A stretch of DNA of 24,000 nucleotides. Origin: Sphaerisporangium viridialbum (GTDB lineage Bacteria > Actinomycetota > Actinomycetes > Streptosporangiales > Streptosporangiaceae). The notes under the pieces were generated by a model. It was not told where the DNA came from. It was given only the letters and a program-made list of their open reading frames with translations, and did not search any database. The stretch spans positions 4,158,404 to 4,182,403 of the forward strand of contig NZ_CP187232.1 in the NCBI RefSeq assembly GCF_049674955.1, in the 5' to 3' direction. The position numbers and the translations under genes are program-made. Below, in pieces: positions 8,012-15,190 of this stretch. How positions within the stretch are numbered: position 1 is the first letter of the stretch; every line of letters starts with the position of its first letter.

Positions 8012-9940
8012 ATGACCGGGCTGTTCCGGCGCCCCGCCGACCGATTGGCCGACGCCGCCCCCGGCTGGCTGCTTGAGACGGTGCGGCCGGTCCCGGTGCG
8101 TCCCCGCTGGGGGGCGATGGCGCGGGTCGCGGCCTCGGTCACGACCCCGCTGGTGGTCGGCTGGGCCGCAGGGCGGATCACGATGGGCCTGCTGCCGGCC
8201 ATGGGGGCCATGGCGGCGGCGCTGGCCGACCGGGGCGGCTCGTACCGGGCCCGGATCATCCGCATGGCCTCGGCCGCGGCCGGCGGCGCGGCGGGCTACA
8301 TGATCGGCCACGCCACCCGGGGGCTCGGCTGGTGGACGGTGCTGGTCGTGGTCCTCGTCTCGGTGGTGTCCGCGCTGATCAGCACGAGCGGGGCGGCCGG
8401 CTCGCTGAGCGCGCTCCAGATGCTGGTGATGACGGTGCTCGGCATCAGCGTGCCCTACCCGGAGACCTCCCTCACCGGGGCCCTGGCCTACCTGCTGGGG
8501 GCGTCCTGGGCGCTGGTGCTGTCCGTCGCCGCCTGGCCCCTGCGTCCGCGCGCCGCCGAGGAGGCGGCGGTCGCGCAGGTGTACCGGGAGCTCAGCCGCC
8601 TTTTCGAGGAGCACGGGCCGGAGCGGGCCGTCGCCCTGGCCGCGTTCGACACCACGCTGAAGAACGCCTACGACACGGTGTTCGGCGCCCGCTCGTCGGC
8701 CGCGGGGCCGGACCCGGAGCGGACGCGGCTGGTCGCCCTGCTGAACCAGGCCTCGCAGATACGCCACGCGCTGGTCTCGTTGAACCAGGAGAGCCGCGAG
8801 CCGCCGCCGGAGGTCGCCGGCGTCGTCCGGGCCGTCACCGAAGCCCTGTCCGGCGGTGCCCGGTCCGTGGGGATGCCGAGGTGCGAGGCCGGCTCACCCG
8901 CCCTGCGGGCGCTGTGCTCGGCGGTGGAGGAGGCCGTCGAGCTGGTGTCCGGGGCGGACGTGGCGGCCGAGGAGCTGCCGTACGAGCGCGTCGGGTACGG
9001 CGCCCGGCTCAGGTCCGCCTGGGAGCGGATGCGGTACGGGCACCTTACCCGCGTCTACACGATCAGGCTGGCGCTGTGCATGGGGGCCGCGGCGGCGATC
9101 AGCGAGCTGCACTGGATCCAGCGCTCCTACTGGACGATGCTCACCGTCGCCCTGGTGCTGAAGCCCGACTTCGGCTCGGTCTTCGCGCGGGCCCTGCAAC
9201 GGGGCATCGGCACCGTCGTCGGCGCGGTGATCGGCACCGTGGTGCTCTCCGCGGTGCCGTACGGCCCCGCGATCCTGGTCCCGATCGCGATCTTCGCGGC
9301 GCTCCTGCCGTATGGGCAGCAGCGCAACTGGGGGCTGATGTCGACGTTCCAGGTGCCGCTGGTCGTGCTGCTCGTCGACCTGCTGACCGGCGCGGGGCCC
9401 GAGCTGGCGGAGATCCGGCTGGTCGACGCCCTGATCGGCTGCGCCATCGTGCTGCTGCTCGGCTACCTGCCATGGCCCGCGAGCTGGCAGGCCCCGGTGG
9501 GCCCGCGCTTCGCCGACACGGTGTCGGCCACGGCCCGCTATTTGCGGCACGCCTTCGACCGCGACGACCCGAGGCGCGCGCTGCTCCACCGGGAGGCGTT
9601 CGACGCCCTGGCCGACCTGCGCACGGTCTTCCAGCGGGCCCTGACCGAGCCGCCGGTCGTCAGCAGGCGCATCACCACCTGGATGCCCGCGATGGCGGCG
9701 CTGGAGCACGTGGCCGACACGACCGCCGCCACCGTCGCCCGCACCGACCACGGCGCGCCGCCCCCGTCCGACGAGGCGGTCCAGGCGGCGGCGAGGTCGC
9801 TGGACGACATCGCCGAGAGCGTCCGCACCGGCCGCCGGGCCGGCGACCATTCCGGACTCGTGGACGACGACACCCTCGAACGCGTCGACTGCGCCGTCCG
9901 CGGCCTCCGGTCCACCCTCATCCAGGCCACCCCCCACTGA
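8012..9940 (+). CDS. FUSC / aromatic-acid-exporter (ArAE) family integral membrane protein
   Basis: It starts 15 nt after the hydroxylase stop. There are two hydrophobic multi-helix blocks (about aa 40-180 and 350-480) separated by a soluble region. The stretch YTIRLALCMGAAAAISELHWIQRSYWTMLTVALVLKPDFG is typical of FUSC family proteins. Confidence 0.85.
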   Translation: MTGLFRRPADRLADAAPGWLLETVRPVPVRPRWGAMARVAASVTTPLVVGWAAGRITMGLLPAMGAMAAALADRGGSYRARIIRMASAAAGGAAGYMIGHATRGLGWWTVLVVVLVSVVSALISTSGAAGSLSALQMLVMTVLGISVPYPETSLTGALAYLLGASWALVLSVAAWPLRPRAAEEAAVAQVYRELSRLFEEHGPERAVALAAFDTTLKNAYDTVFGARSSAAGPDPERTRLVALLNQASQIRHALVSLNQESREPPPEVAGVVRAVTEALSGGARSVGMPRCEAGSPALRALCSAVEEAVELVSGADVAAEELPYERVGYGARLRSAWERMRYGHLTRVYTIRLALCMGAAAAISELHWIQRSYWTMLTVALVLKPDFGSVFARALQRGIGTVVGAVIGTVVLSAVPYGPAILVPIAIFAALLPYGQQRNWGLMSTFQVPLVVLLVDLLTGAGPELAEIRLVDALIGCAIVLLLGYLPWPASWQAPVGPRFADTVSATARYLRHAFDRDDPRRALLHREAFDALADLRTVFQRALTEPPVVSRRITTWMPAMAALEHVADTTAATVARTDHGAPPPSDEAVQAAARSLDDIAESVRTGRRAGDHSGLVDDDTLERVDCAVRGLRSTLIQATPH

Positions 9941-9973
9941 CCCACCCATCGGCCGGAGCCGCGCGCCCGTTGC

Positions 9974-10011
9974 GGCGCCAAGTAACTCGAACGGCCGAAC
10001 GGCTTGGCGCC
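9974..10011. terminator. Hairpin between the convergent FUSC gene and the VOC fragment
   Basis: GGCGCCAAG (9974-9982) pairs perfectly with CTTGGCGCC (10003-10011). The 20-nt loop contains the duplicated CGAACGG. There is no U-tract. Confidence 0.4.
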
Positions 10012-10024
10012 AGGTCGCACGTGG

Positions 10025-10195
10025 TCAGAGGGGCTGGAGCCGGGTGTGCAGGAGGCAGAATTCGTTGCCTTCCGGGTCGGCCAGGACGTGCCGGCTCTCG
10101 GTGCCGGTCTGGCCGACGTCGACGGGCCTGGCGCCGAGAGCGAGCAGCCGCTCCAGCTCTTGCTGGTCCGGCGGCTTCACGTCGACCTGTGCCGC
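10025..10195 (-). pseudogene. C-terminal remnant of a VOC/glyoxalase-like family protein
   Basis: Only the last ~56 codons look like the family (QVDVKPPDQQELERLLALGARPVDVGQTGTESRHVLADPEGNEFCLL). The sequence upstream in that frame is Arg/Gly-rich and antisense to the permease gene, with no plausible N-terminal half. Confidence 0.45.
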
Positions 10196-10336
10196 CTCAG
10201 GGGTACGACCTGCCGCTCCTGACCGCGTCCCCCGGCCGGTAAAGGGCGCCAGCCGCCGGCCGCTCCTCTCCCTCCCGCACCACGCCGGGCACGGCGGAAC
10301 GGTGCGGACCGAAGGCGTGCCCCCCGGAGCGACCTC

Positions 10337-10605
10337 GTGACCTCTCCCGTCTCCTTCCACCCCGACCCCGCCGCCGATCCGGGCGCCGAGCGTGCCACGG
10401 CGGGGCAGGGGAGCCCCGTCCCACAGGCGGCGGCGCCTCGCGAGCGCGCGCCGGGGTACCGCAGGTTCGGCGTGCGGCTGCTGTCGATCGCGGTGCTCCT
10501 GGTGCTGTGGCAGCTCGCCGCGAGCGTGACGCGGAACCCGTCCTTCATCCCCGCGCCCCGGGCGGTGTGGGACCAGCTCGTGCTCACCTCGACCGTCCAC
10601 GACGG
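10337..10605 (+). pseudogene. ABC transporter permease (SsuC/TauC/NrtB-like), 5' fragment cut by the IS insertion
   Basis: The GTG at 10337 opens RFGVRLLSIAVLLVLWQLAASVTRNPSFIPAPRAVWDQLVLTSTVHDG. Family-like sequence stops at 10605 and resumes in the same frame at 12179. Confidence 0.6.
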
Positions 10606-10636
10606 ATCCGGCGCTACCGGATTGTCGGCCAGTGCT

Positions 10637-10654
10637 CCGGCGTTCACGCCGGGG
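10637..10654 (+). repeat. Left subterminal hairpin motif CCGGCGTTCACGCCGGGG, shared with the right end
   Basis: 17/18 identical to 12148-12165 in the same orientation. Each copy can fold as a short hairpin closing on the GTTCA[C/T] loop (CCGGCG/CGCCGG at the left end, CCGGC/GCCGG at the right). Confidence 0.6.
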
Positions 10655-10889
10655 GTGAAGGCCGACGCGGGAGCGCCCGCTAGGGTGCGAGCGTGCCCTG
10701 ACGTTCAGGTGTTTGCTGCTCGATCCCACCAGGCGTGAGGGATATCAGGACACCGGATCGGGGCCGTTCGGCTCTATGGTGGGTACTCGCCGACGTATGC
10801 GGAACAGCACCGACCTGGTCTCCAGGTTTCCCATCTTTTTCTCGCACACTCATGCGAATACTCGAAGATCGGCTGGCACACTTTCCAGT

Positions 10890-12122
10890 GTGCTGCTTCG
10901 TTACTCCTTCCGCATCGATCCGACGCCGGGTCAGCGTGTCGCGTTGGCGCGGGCGTTCGGGTGTGCGCGGGTGGTGTTCAACGACGCGTTGGCGATCCGT
11001 AACCAGGCTTACGAGCAGGGGTTGCCCTTCGTCACCGATGCTGAGCTTTCGGTGCGGGTGATCACGGCGGCGAGGAAACGCGCCGACCGGGCGTGGCTGG
11101 GTGAGGTGTCGGCGGTGGTGCTTCAGCAGGCGCTGGCCGACTGCACCACGGCGTTTCGCAACTTCTTCGCCTCGATCAGCGGCAAGCGGAAGGGCCCCAG
11201 GGTGGGTGCTCCCCGGTTCCGGTCGCGCAAGGACAACCGGCAGGCGATCCGCTTCACCCGCAACGCCCGCTTTGCGATCACCAGGGCGGGGCGATTGCGG
11301 CTGCCGAAGATCGGGGACGTGCCGGTGCGCTGGTCGCGCCGGTTGCCAGCCGCCCCGTCCAGCGTGACGGTGATCAAGGACGCGGCGGGCAGGTATTACG
11401 CGTCGTTCGTCGTCGAGGTCATCGCCGAACCGCTCCCGGCGGTCGGCGCCGAGACCGGGATCGACCTGGGGCTCGGTCGCTTCGCCATCCTCTCAGACGG
11501 CCGGAAGATTGACTCTCCCCGGTTTCTGCGCCGGGCCGAGAAGAAGCTCAAGAAGCTTCAAAAGGCGCTGTCACGCACGCAGAAGGGGTCGAACAACCGG
11601 GCCAAGGCCCGCACGAAGGTCGCACGAGCGCACGCGAGGGTCGCTGATGCGCGCCGCGAGTTCCACCACCAGCAATCCACGGCGATAGTTCGCGAGAATC
11701 AAGCGATCTTCGTGGAGGACTTGGCGGTGAGGGGACTGGCGCGCACCAGGCTGGCCAAGAGCGTGCACGACGCCGGGTGGAGCTCGTTCGTGGCCATGCT
11801 GGAGTACAAAGCGGAGCTGTACGGGCGGACGTTCCTGCGGATCGACCGCTGGTTCCCCTCTTCCAAGCTGTGCTCGGCGTGCGGTGCACTCGCCAAGTCG
11901 ATGCCATTGGCGGTACGGGAATGGGCCTGCGTCTGTGGCGCCGTGCATGACCGGGACGTGAACGCCGCGATCAACATCCTCGCCGCCGGACGGGCGGAGA
12001 GGCTAAACGCCTCCCACATCCGTGGGCGGGACGGTCAAGACCGTCCCGGTGGAGGCCGGGTAAGACCACCGCTCGCGGTGGCACCAGCCGACGAAGCAGG
12101 AAGCCACCGAGGTGCCGCATGA
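10890..12122 (+). CDS. tnpB: RNA-guided endonuclease TnpB (IS605 OrfB-type transposase-accessory protein)
   Basis: The GTG at 10890 gives LLRYSFRIDPTPGQRVALARAFGCARVVFND, a typical TnpB N-terminus. The RuvC residues are GIDLGLG (D), IFVEDL (E) and HDRDVNAAINILAAG (D). The zinc-finger cysteines are CSAC...CVC. The ORF-track start at 10713 adds non-homologous residues. Confidence 0.85.
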   Translation: MLLRYSFRIDPTPGQRVALARAFGCARVVFNDALAIRNQAYEQGLPFVTDAELSVRVITAARKRADRAWLGEVSAVVLQQALADCTTAFRNFFASISGKRKGPRVGAPRFRSRKDNRQAIRFTRNARFAITRAGRLRLPKIGDVPVRWSRRLPAAPSSVTVIKDAAGRYYASFVVEVIAEPLPAVGAETGIDLGLGRFAILSDGRKIDSPRFLRRAEKKLKKLQKALSRTQKGSNNRAKARTKVARAHARVADARREFHHQQSTAIVRENQAIFVEDLAVRGLARTRLAKSVHDAGWSSFVAMLEYKAELYGRTFLRIDRWFPSSKLCSACGALAKSMPLAVREWACVCGAVHDRDVNAAINILAAGRAERLNASHIRGRDGQDRPGGGRVRPPLAVAPADEAGSHRGAA

Positions 12123-12196
12123 ACCCGTGCGGCACGGACGAGAATCGCCGGCGTTCATGCCGGGGAGCGCGTCAAAGCGGTCACCTGCTCGTCGAG
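12000..12196 (+). ncRNA. Predicted omega-RNA (reRNA) scaffold plus flanking guide; the 5' boundary is approximate
   Basis: Four stem-loops overlap the tnpB 3' end and the right end of the element. They are GGGACGGTC-AA-GACCGTCCC (12028-12047), CCACCGC-TC-GCGGTGG (12066-12081), GTGCCGCA...TGCGGCAC (12112-12135, spanning the stop codon) and CCGGC-GTTCAT-GCCGG (12148-12163). The guide would be the flank beginning at 12181 (TCACCTGCTCGTCGAG). This placement follows the known layout of TnpB loci. Confidence 0.35.
12148..12165 (+). repeat. Right subterminal hairpin motif CCGGCGTTCATGCCGGGG
   Basis: This is the direct counterpart of 10637-10654. It lies 15 nt from the inferred right boundary. Confidence 0.6.
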
Positions 12197-12337
12197 CACC
12201 TCGGCGTCAGCCTCCGCCGCATCCTCATCGGCTCGGTGCTCGGCGTCGTAACGGGGCTCGCGCTTGGCGTCGTCATGGGCACTGTCCCCTGGATCCGCGT
12301 GGTGGTCGAGCCGCTGGTCACCTTCGTCCGCGCGCTC
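12179..12337 (+). pseudogene. ABC transporter permease, continuation after the IS, then truncated
   Basis: GHLLVEHLGVSLRRILIGSVLGVVTGLALGVVMGTVPWIRVVVEPLVTFVRAL is in the same frame as 10337-10605. Permease-like sequence ends near 12337, well before a full ABC transmembrane domain. Confidence 0.55.
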
Positions 12338-12347
12338 GGTGGCGCGC

Positions 12348-12521
12348 GGGCTGTCGGCGCCGCTGAACATCCCCTACCAGGTGGCGTTCGTCCTGGACGT
12401 GGCCGGGGACAACGAGGCGCTGGTCGCCCGCGACAGCGCCGGCATCACTTCGGTGGAGGACCTGCGCGGCAAGAAGGTGGGCGCCCGGTTCGCCTCCACC
12501 GCTTACTACAGCCTGCTCGCG
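12348..12521 (+). pseudogene. Internal fragment of an NMT1/SsuA/TauA-like periplasmic substrate-binding protein
   Basis: The frame-3 translation APLNIPYQVAFVLDVAGDNEALVARDSAGITSVEDLRGKKVGARFASTAYYSLLA resembles the middle of sulfonate/taurine binding proteins. It has no N-terminal signal or lipobox and no C-terminal half. Confidence 0.5.
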
Positions 12522-12790
12522 TCGGAGGCGTGGACGACGCGCATCCCGAGATCTACGCCGACGTCGCCATGTGGGGCAGCCGCAGCACGGCGCACTACGC
12601 CAACCGCGACTACGGCTCCGCCCACACCGCGTCATGCACCGCATCACCCTGCGCGGAGACCGGCCCGTCGGCCCCCCTCGGTGACGCGGGAACTCTGAGG
12701 CGCCGCGGCAGGTTTCCCCTGGTTACGGCGGCGGAAGGACCTGGGGCGAGGATCAGGCCGGTGTGGCCGCCCGTCGGGGGAGGGGGCAAC

Positions 12791-12919
12791 GTGATCCTGG
12801 TGACCGGCGCGACCGGCCGGGTCGGCTTCCGTCTCCTTGAACGGCTCGCCGACGCGCTCGCCGAGGCCCGCGCCGCCTTCGTCGGCCGCCCCCCGAACAT
12901 CTCCGCGCCGCCGTCCTAG
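12791..12919 (+). pseudogene. N-terminal stub of an NmrA/SDR-type NAD(P)-binding protein (42 codons, then a stop)
   Basis: GGAGGGGG precedes the GTG at 12791. VILVTGATGRVGFRLLERLA is the Rossmann GxxGxxG start of NmrA-like proteins, and the ORF ends after 42 aa. Confidence 0.45.
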
Positions 12920-12986
12920 CCGGTCATCGGCGCGTGAAACGACCCCGTGATCCCGCGCGGGAGGCGACCCGGGAGCCCGGCTCCGG

Positions 12987-15146
12987 TCAGGCGTCTTCCC
13001 AGAGGACCTGCCGAGGGGGGCGGGGGAGGCGTACGGCCCCGCTGCGGTCGGCCAGGGTCGCGGCCCTGAGGAACAGGGGATGCCCGTCCCCGAGCGGCGG
13101 GCGGCCGTGGGAGAGGGGCGCGCGGTCGAGCAGGGGGGCGAGGAGGTCGTCGAGCCCGTCGAACCGGCCGGTCTCGAACCGGTGGGCGGCCTCGTCGTAA
13201 CGCCCTTCGAGGAGCAGCGGGTGCGCGGCGTCCAGCCCGCTCACGGTCAGGCCGGCCAGCGCGGCGCGGTGACGTCGCGCGGCGCCCTCGTCGCCGCGCG
13301 CGTCCTCGCAGCGGGCGGCCAGCAACAGCGTACGGGCGCGTCCCGGCGGGTCTCCGGGTTCGGTCTCCGCGGCGCGGACCTTCTTCAGCGTCGCGACGGC
13401 CGCCGCGGCGTCCCCGTTCCAGAGCTGGACCTCCGCCAGGGCGCGCCGTACTGACAGGACCAGGGCGTCGGACGGCGCCGCCGCGAGAAGGGCCGCCAGC
13501 TCGGAAAGCGCGTCCAGCGCGGCGCCGGGGTCGTCCCCGAGCGCGGTCGCGAGCGCGTGCGCGACGCGGGCCTCCGCCCACAGGCGGAAGGAGACGCGCG
13601 CGGCGAACCAGTCGTCGAGCACCGGCGCGCGTTCGAGCAGCCGCAGGACGGCGCTCGGGTCCCGCAGGGCGAGCTCGGCCTGCGCCATCCGCACCGTGTC
13701 GTGGTTCGGCCAGTAGGCCGTCGGCTGGAGCAGGTCCGCGCGCTGGCGCCCGGCCTCCTGGAGCAGGTGACGCGCCTCGATCGGCTGACCGGCCTCCAGC
13801 AGGGCCTCGCCGAGGGACACCCGCGCCGCGACCACGTTGATGTCGCCGGTGTCGCCGAGCCGCGCCTGCCGGTCGGCGACCACGGCCTCGGCCTGGGCGA
13901 GGCCGTCCGCCACCCTGCCGGCGCGCGTGGCCGCGCGGGCGGCGGCCTGGGCGGTCAGGGTGAAACGCCGCCACGCCGACGACACTCCCGTGGCGGCGTC
14001 CGCGCCCTTCGCGCGCGCCGAGCGGGCCTCCTCGATGAGCCGCGCGCCCTCGACGGGGCGGCCCTCCTCCACGAGCACCTCGCCGAGGTTGTGACGGGCC
14101 CGGGCGGCGTAGGAGGCCGCGCTCTCCGGGTCGTTGACCTTCACCTCGGTCTCGGCGATCTCCAGGGAGGACTCGAAGCCGGCCCGGGCGGCGTCCAGGT
14201 CGCCGTACCTGAGCAGCGCGAGCCCCATGCGGCTCCGCACGTCGCAGCGGGACCGCAGGCCGGTCTCCGTGCCGGCCTCGGGGCCCGAGAGCAGCCGTGA
14301 CAGCTCCCCGGCCTCGCGGGCGGCCCGTTCCAGCAGGATTCCGGTGTCGAGGAGCGAGCGCAGGACGTTGGCCTGGGCGTCCGCCTCGGCGGACGTGCCG
14401 TCGCCGCCCCTGCGCGCCACGTCGCGGGCCCGTTCGGCCACGTCGAGGTCGTTGATCCAGGTGCCGGCGAGCGGGATGAGGTGCCTCTCGTACCAGTGGG
14501 CGCTCAGGGCCGCCGCCTGCCGGTCGACGGGACCGTCCGGGTCGTCGGTCAGGGCGTCGAAGGCGAGGTCGGAGAGCTTCTCGGCGCACGCCCGCGCCCA
14601 GCCCGGGGGCGGGAGGCACACGGCGTGCGCCGCCGCCGAGATCACCGGGGCGAGGTGGTCGGCGTAGGCGACGACGCGGCCCGCCCAGCCCGCGGCGGCG
14701 GCCCGCCCCATCGCGCTGTCCGGCCAGCTCGGCGGCCCCTGCGGCGCGGACTGGCGCTTCTCCGACGTCGCGATGTCGCCGATGCCGAGCTGGACCTGCT
14801 GGGTGAGGAACGCCTCCGCCCGGTGGAAGCGGGCCACCAGGAGCAGCGCCTGGGTGACCAGGTCGCGCGCCTCGACGATGCTCCCGGGGGGCGCCGGCCG
14901 CTCGGGCGGGCCGTTGCGGTCCGCGAACTCGACGAAGGCGTGGTGGAGGGCGAGGGCGACCAGGACCCTGCGGCTCTTGACCTCGTTGTAGAGCCAGACG
15001 GCGCTGCGGCGCCCGCTCTGGCCCTCCCGCGAGAGCCGCACGGCCGAGGCGACGTCCTCAGCCCTGACGAGGTGGTAGTCGGTGTGGCGAAGGACCCCTG
15101 CCGCGGCCTCTCCGATCGCCGAGAGCCGTCTTTCCTGCGCCGACAC
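12987..15146 (-). CDS. Hypothetical 719-aa protein: possible TetR-like N-terminal module fused to a long TPR-like helical repeat region
   Basis: This is the only long ORF here with a normal amino-acid composition. I prefer the GTG at 15146 because GGAGGAGG lies about 7 nt upstream; the ORF-track start at 15179 is the alternative. The N-terminus RRLSAIGEAAAGVLRHTDYHLVRAEDVASAVRLS...AVWLYNEVKSRRVLV loosely fits a TetR HTH. The C-terminal ~480 aa are Ala/Leu/Arg-rich with repeated ...A.A......G....A motifs typical of TPR. Confidence 0.75.
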   Translation of the reverse strand: MSAQERRLSAIGEAAAGVLRHTDYHLVRAEDVASAVRLSREGQSGRRSAVWLYNEVKSRRVLVALALHHAFVEFADRNGPPERPAPPGSIVEARDLVTQALLLVARFHRAEAFLTQQVQLGIGDIATSEKRQSAPQGPPSWPDSAMGRAAAAGWAGRVVAYADHLAPVISAAAHAVCLPPPGWARACAEKLSDLAFDALTDDPDGPVDRQAAALSAHWYERHLIPLAGTWINDLDVAERARDVARRGGDGTSAEADAQANVLRSLLDTGILLERAAREAGELSRLLSGPEAGTETGLRSRCDVRSRMGLALLRYGDLDAARAGFESSLEIAETEVKVNDPESAASYAARARHNLGEVLVEEGRPVEGARLIEEARSARAKGADAATGVSSAWRRFTLTAQAAARAATRAGRVADGLAQAEAVVADRQARLGDTGDINVVAARVSLGEALLEAGQPIEARHLLQEAGRQRADLLQPTAYWPNHDTVRMAQAELALRDPSAVLRLLERAPVLDDWFAARVSFRLWAEARVAHALATALGDDPGAALDALSELAALLAAAPSDALVLSVRRALAEVQLWNGDAAAAVATLKKVRAAETEPGDPPGRARTLLLAARCEDARGDEGAARRHRAALAGLTVSGLDAAHPLLLEGRYDEAAHRFETGRFDGLDDLLAPLLDRAPLSHGRPPLGDGHPLFLRAATLADRSGAVRLPRPPRQVLWEDA

Positions 15147-15190
15147 CTGGAAACCTCCTCCGTCAGAGCCGCGGTTCACGCATGTGAGGG

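Larger units (their letters stand above)
10606..12180 (+). mobile_element. tnpB-only insertion element (IS200/IS605-IS607 superfamily type), 1575 bp
   Basis: The boundaries come from the interrupted permease reading frame, with a 2-nt GG ambiguity (10604-12178 is equally possible). A terminal hairpin ATCCGG-CGCTA-CCGGAT sits at 10606-10622. The motif CCGGCGTTCAYGCCGGGG occurs near both ends. The element has a single tnpB ORF and no tnpA. Confidence 0.7.

Noticed and set aside
10025-10729. The full 234-aa minus-strand ORF taken as an intact VOC-family gene
   Set aside because: Only the last ~56 residues look like the family. The rest is Arg/Gly-rich and antisense to the permease fragment and the IS left end. 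It is therefore called a remnant.
10713-10889. An upstream extension of tnpB (the ORF-track start at 10713), or a tnpA remnant in the 285 bp left of tnpB
   Set aside because: The extension (MLLDPTRREGYQDTG…) has low third-position GC and does not resemble TnpB N-termini, which begin at LLRYSFRIDP. I saw no serine-recombinase or HUH (HxH / Y) motifs in any frame of 10606-10889.
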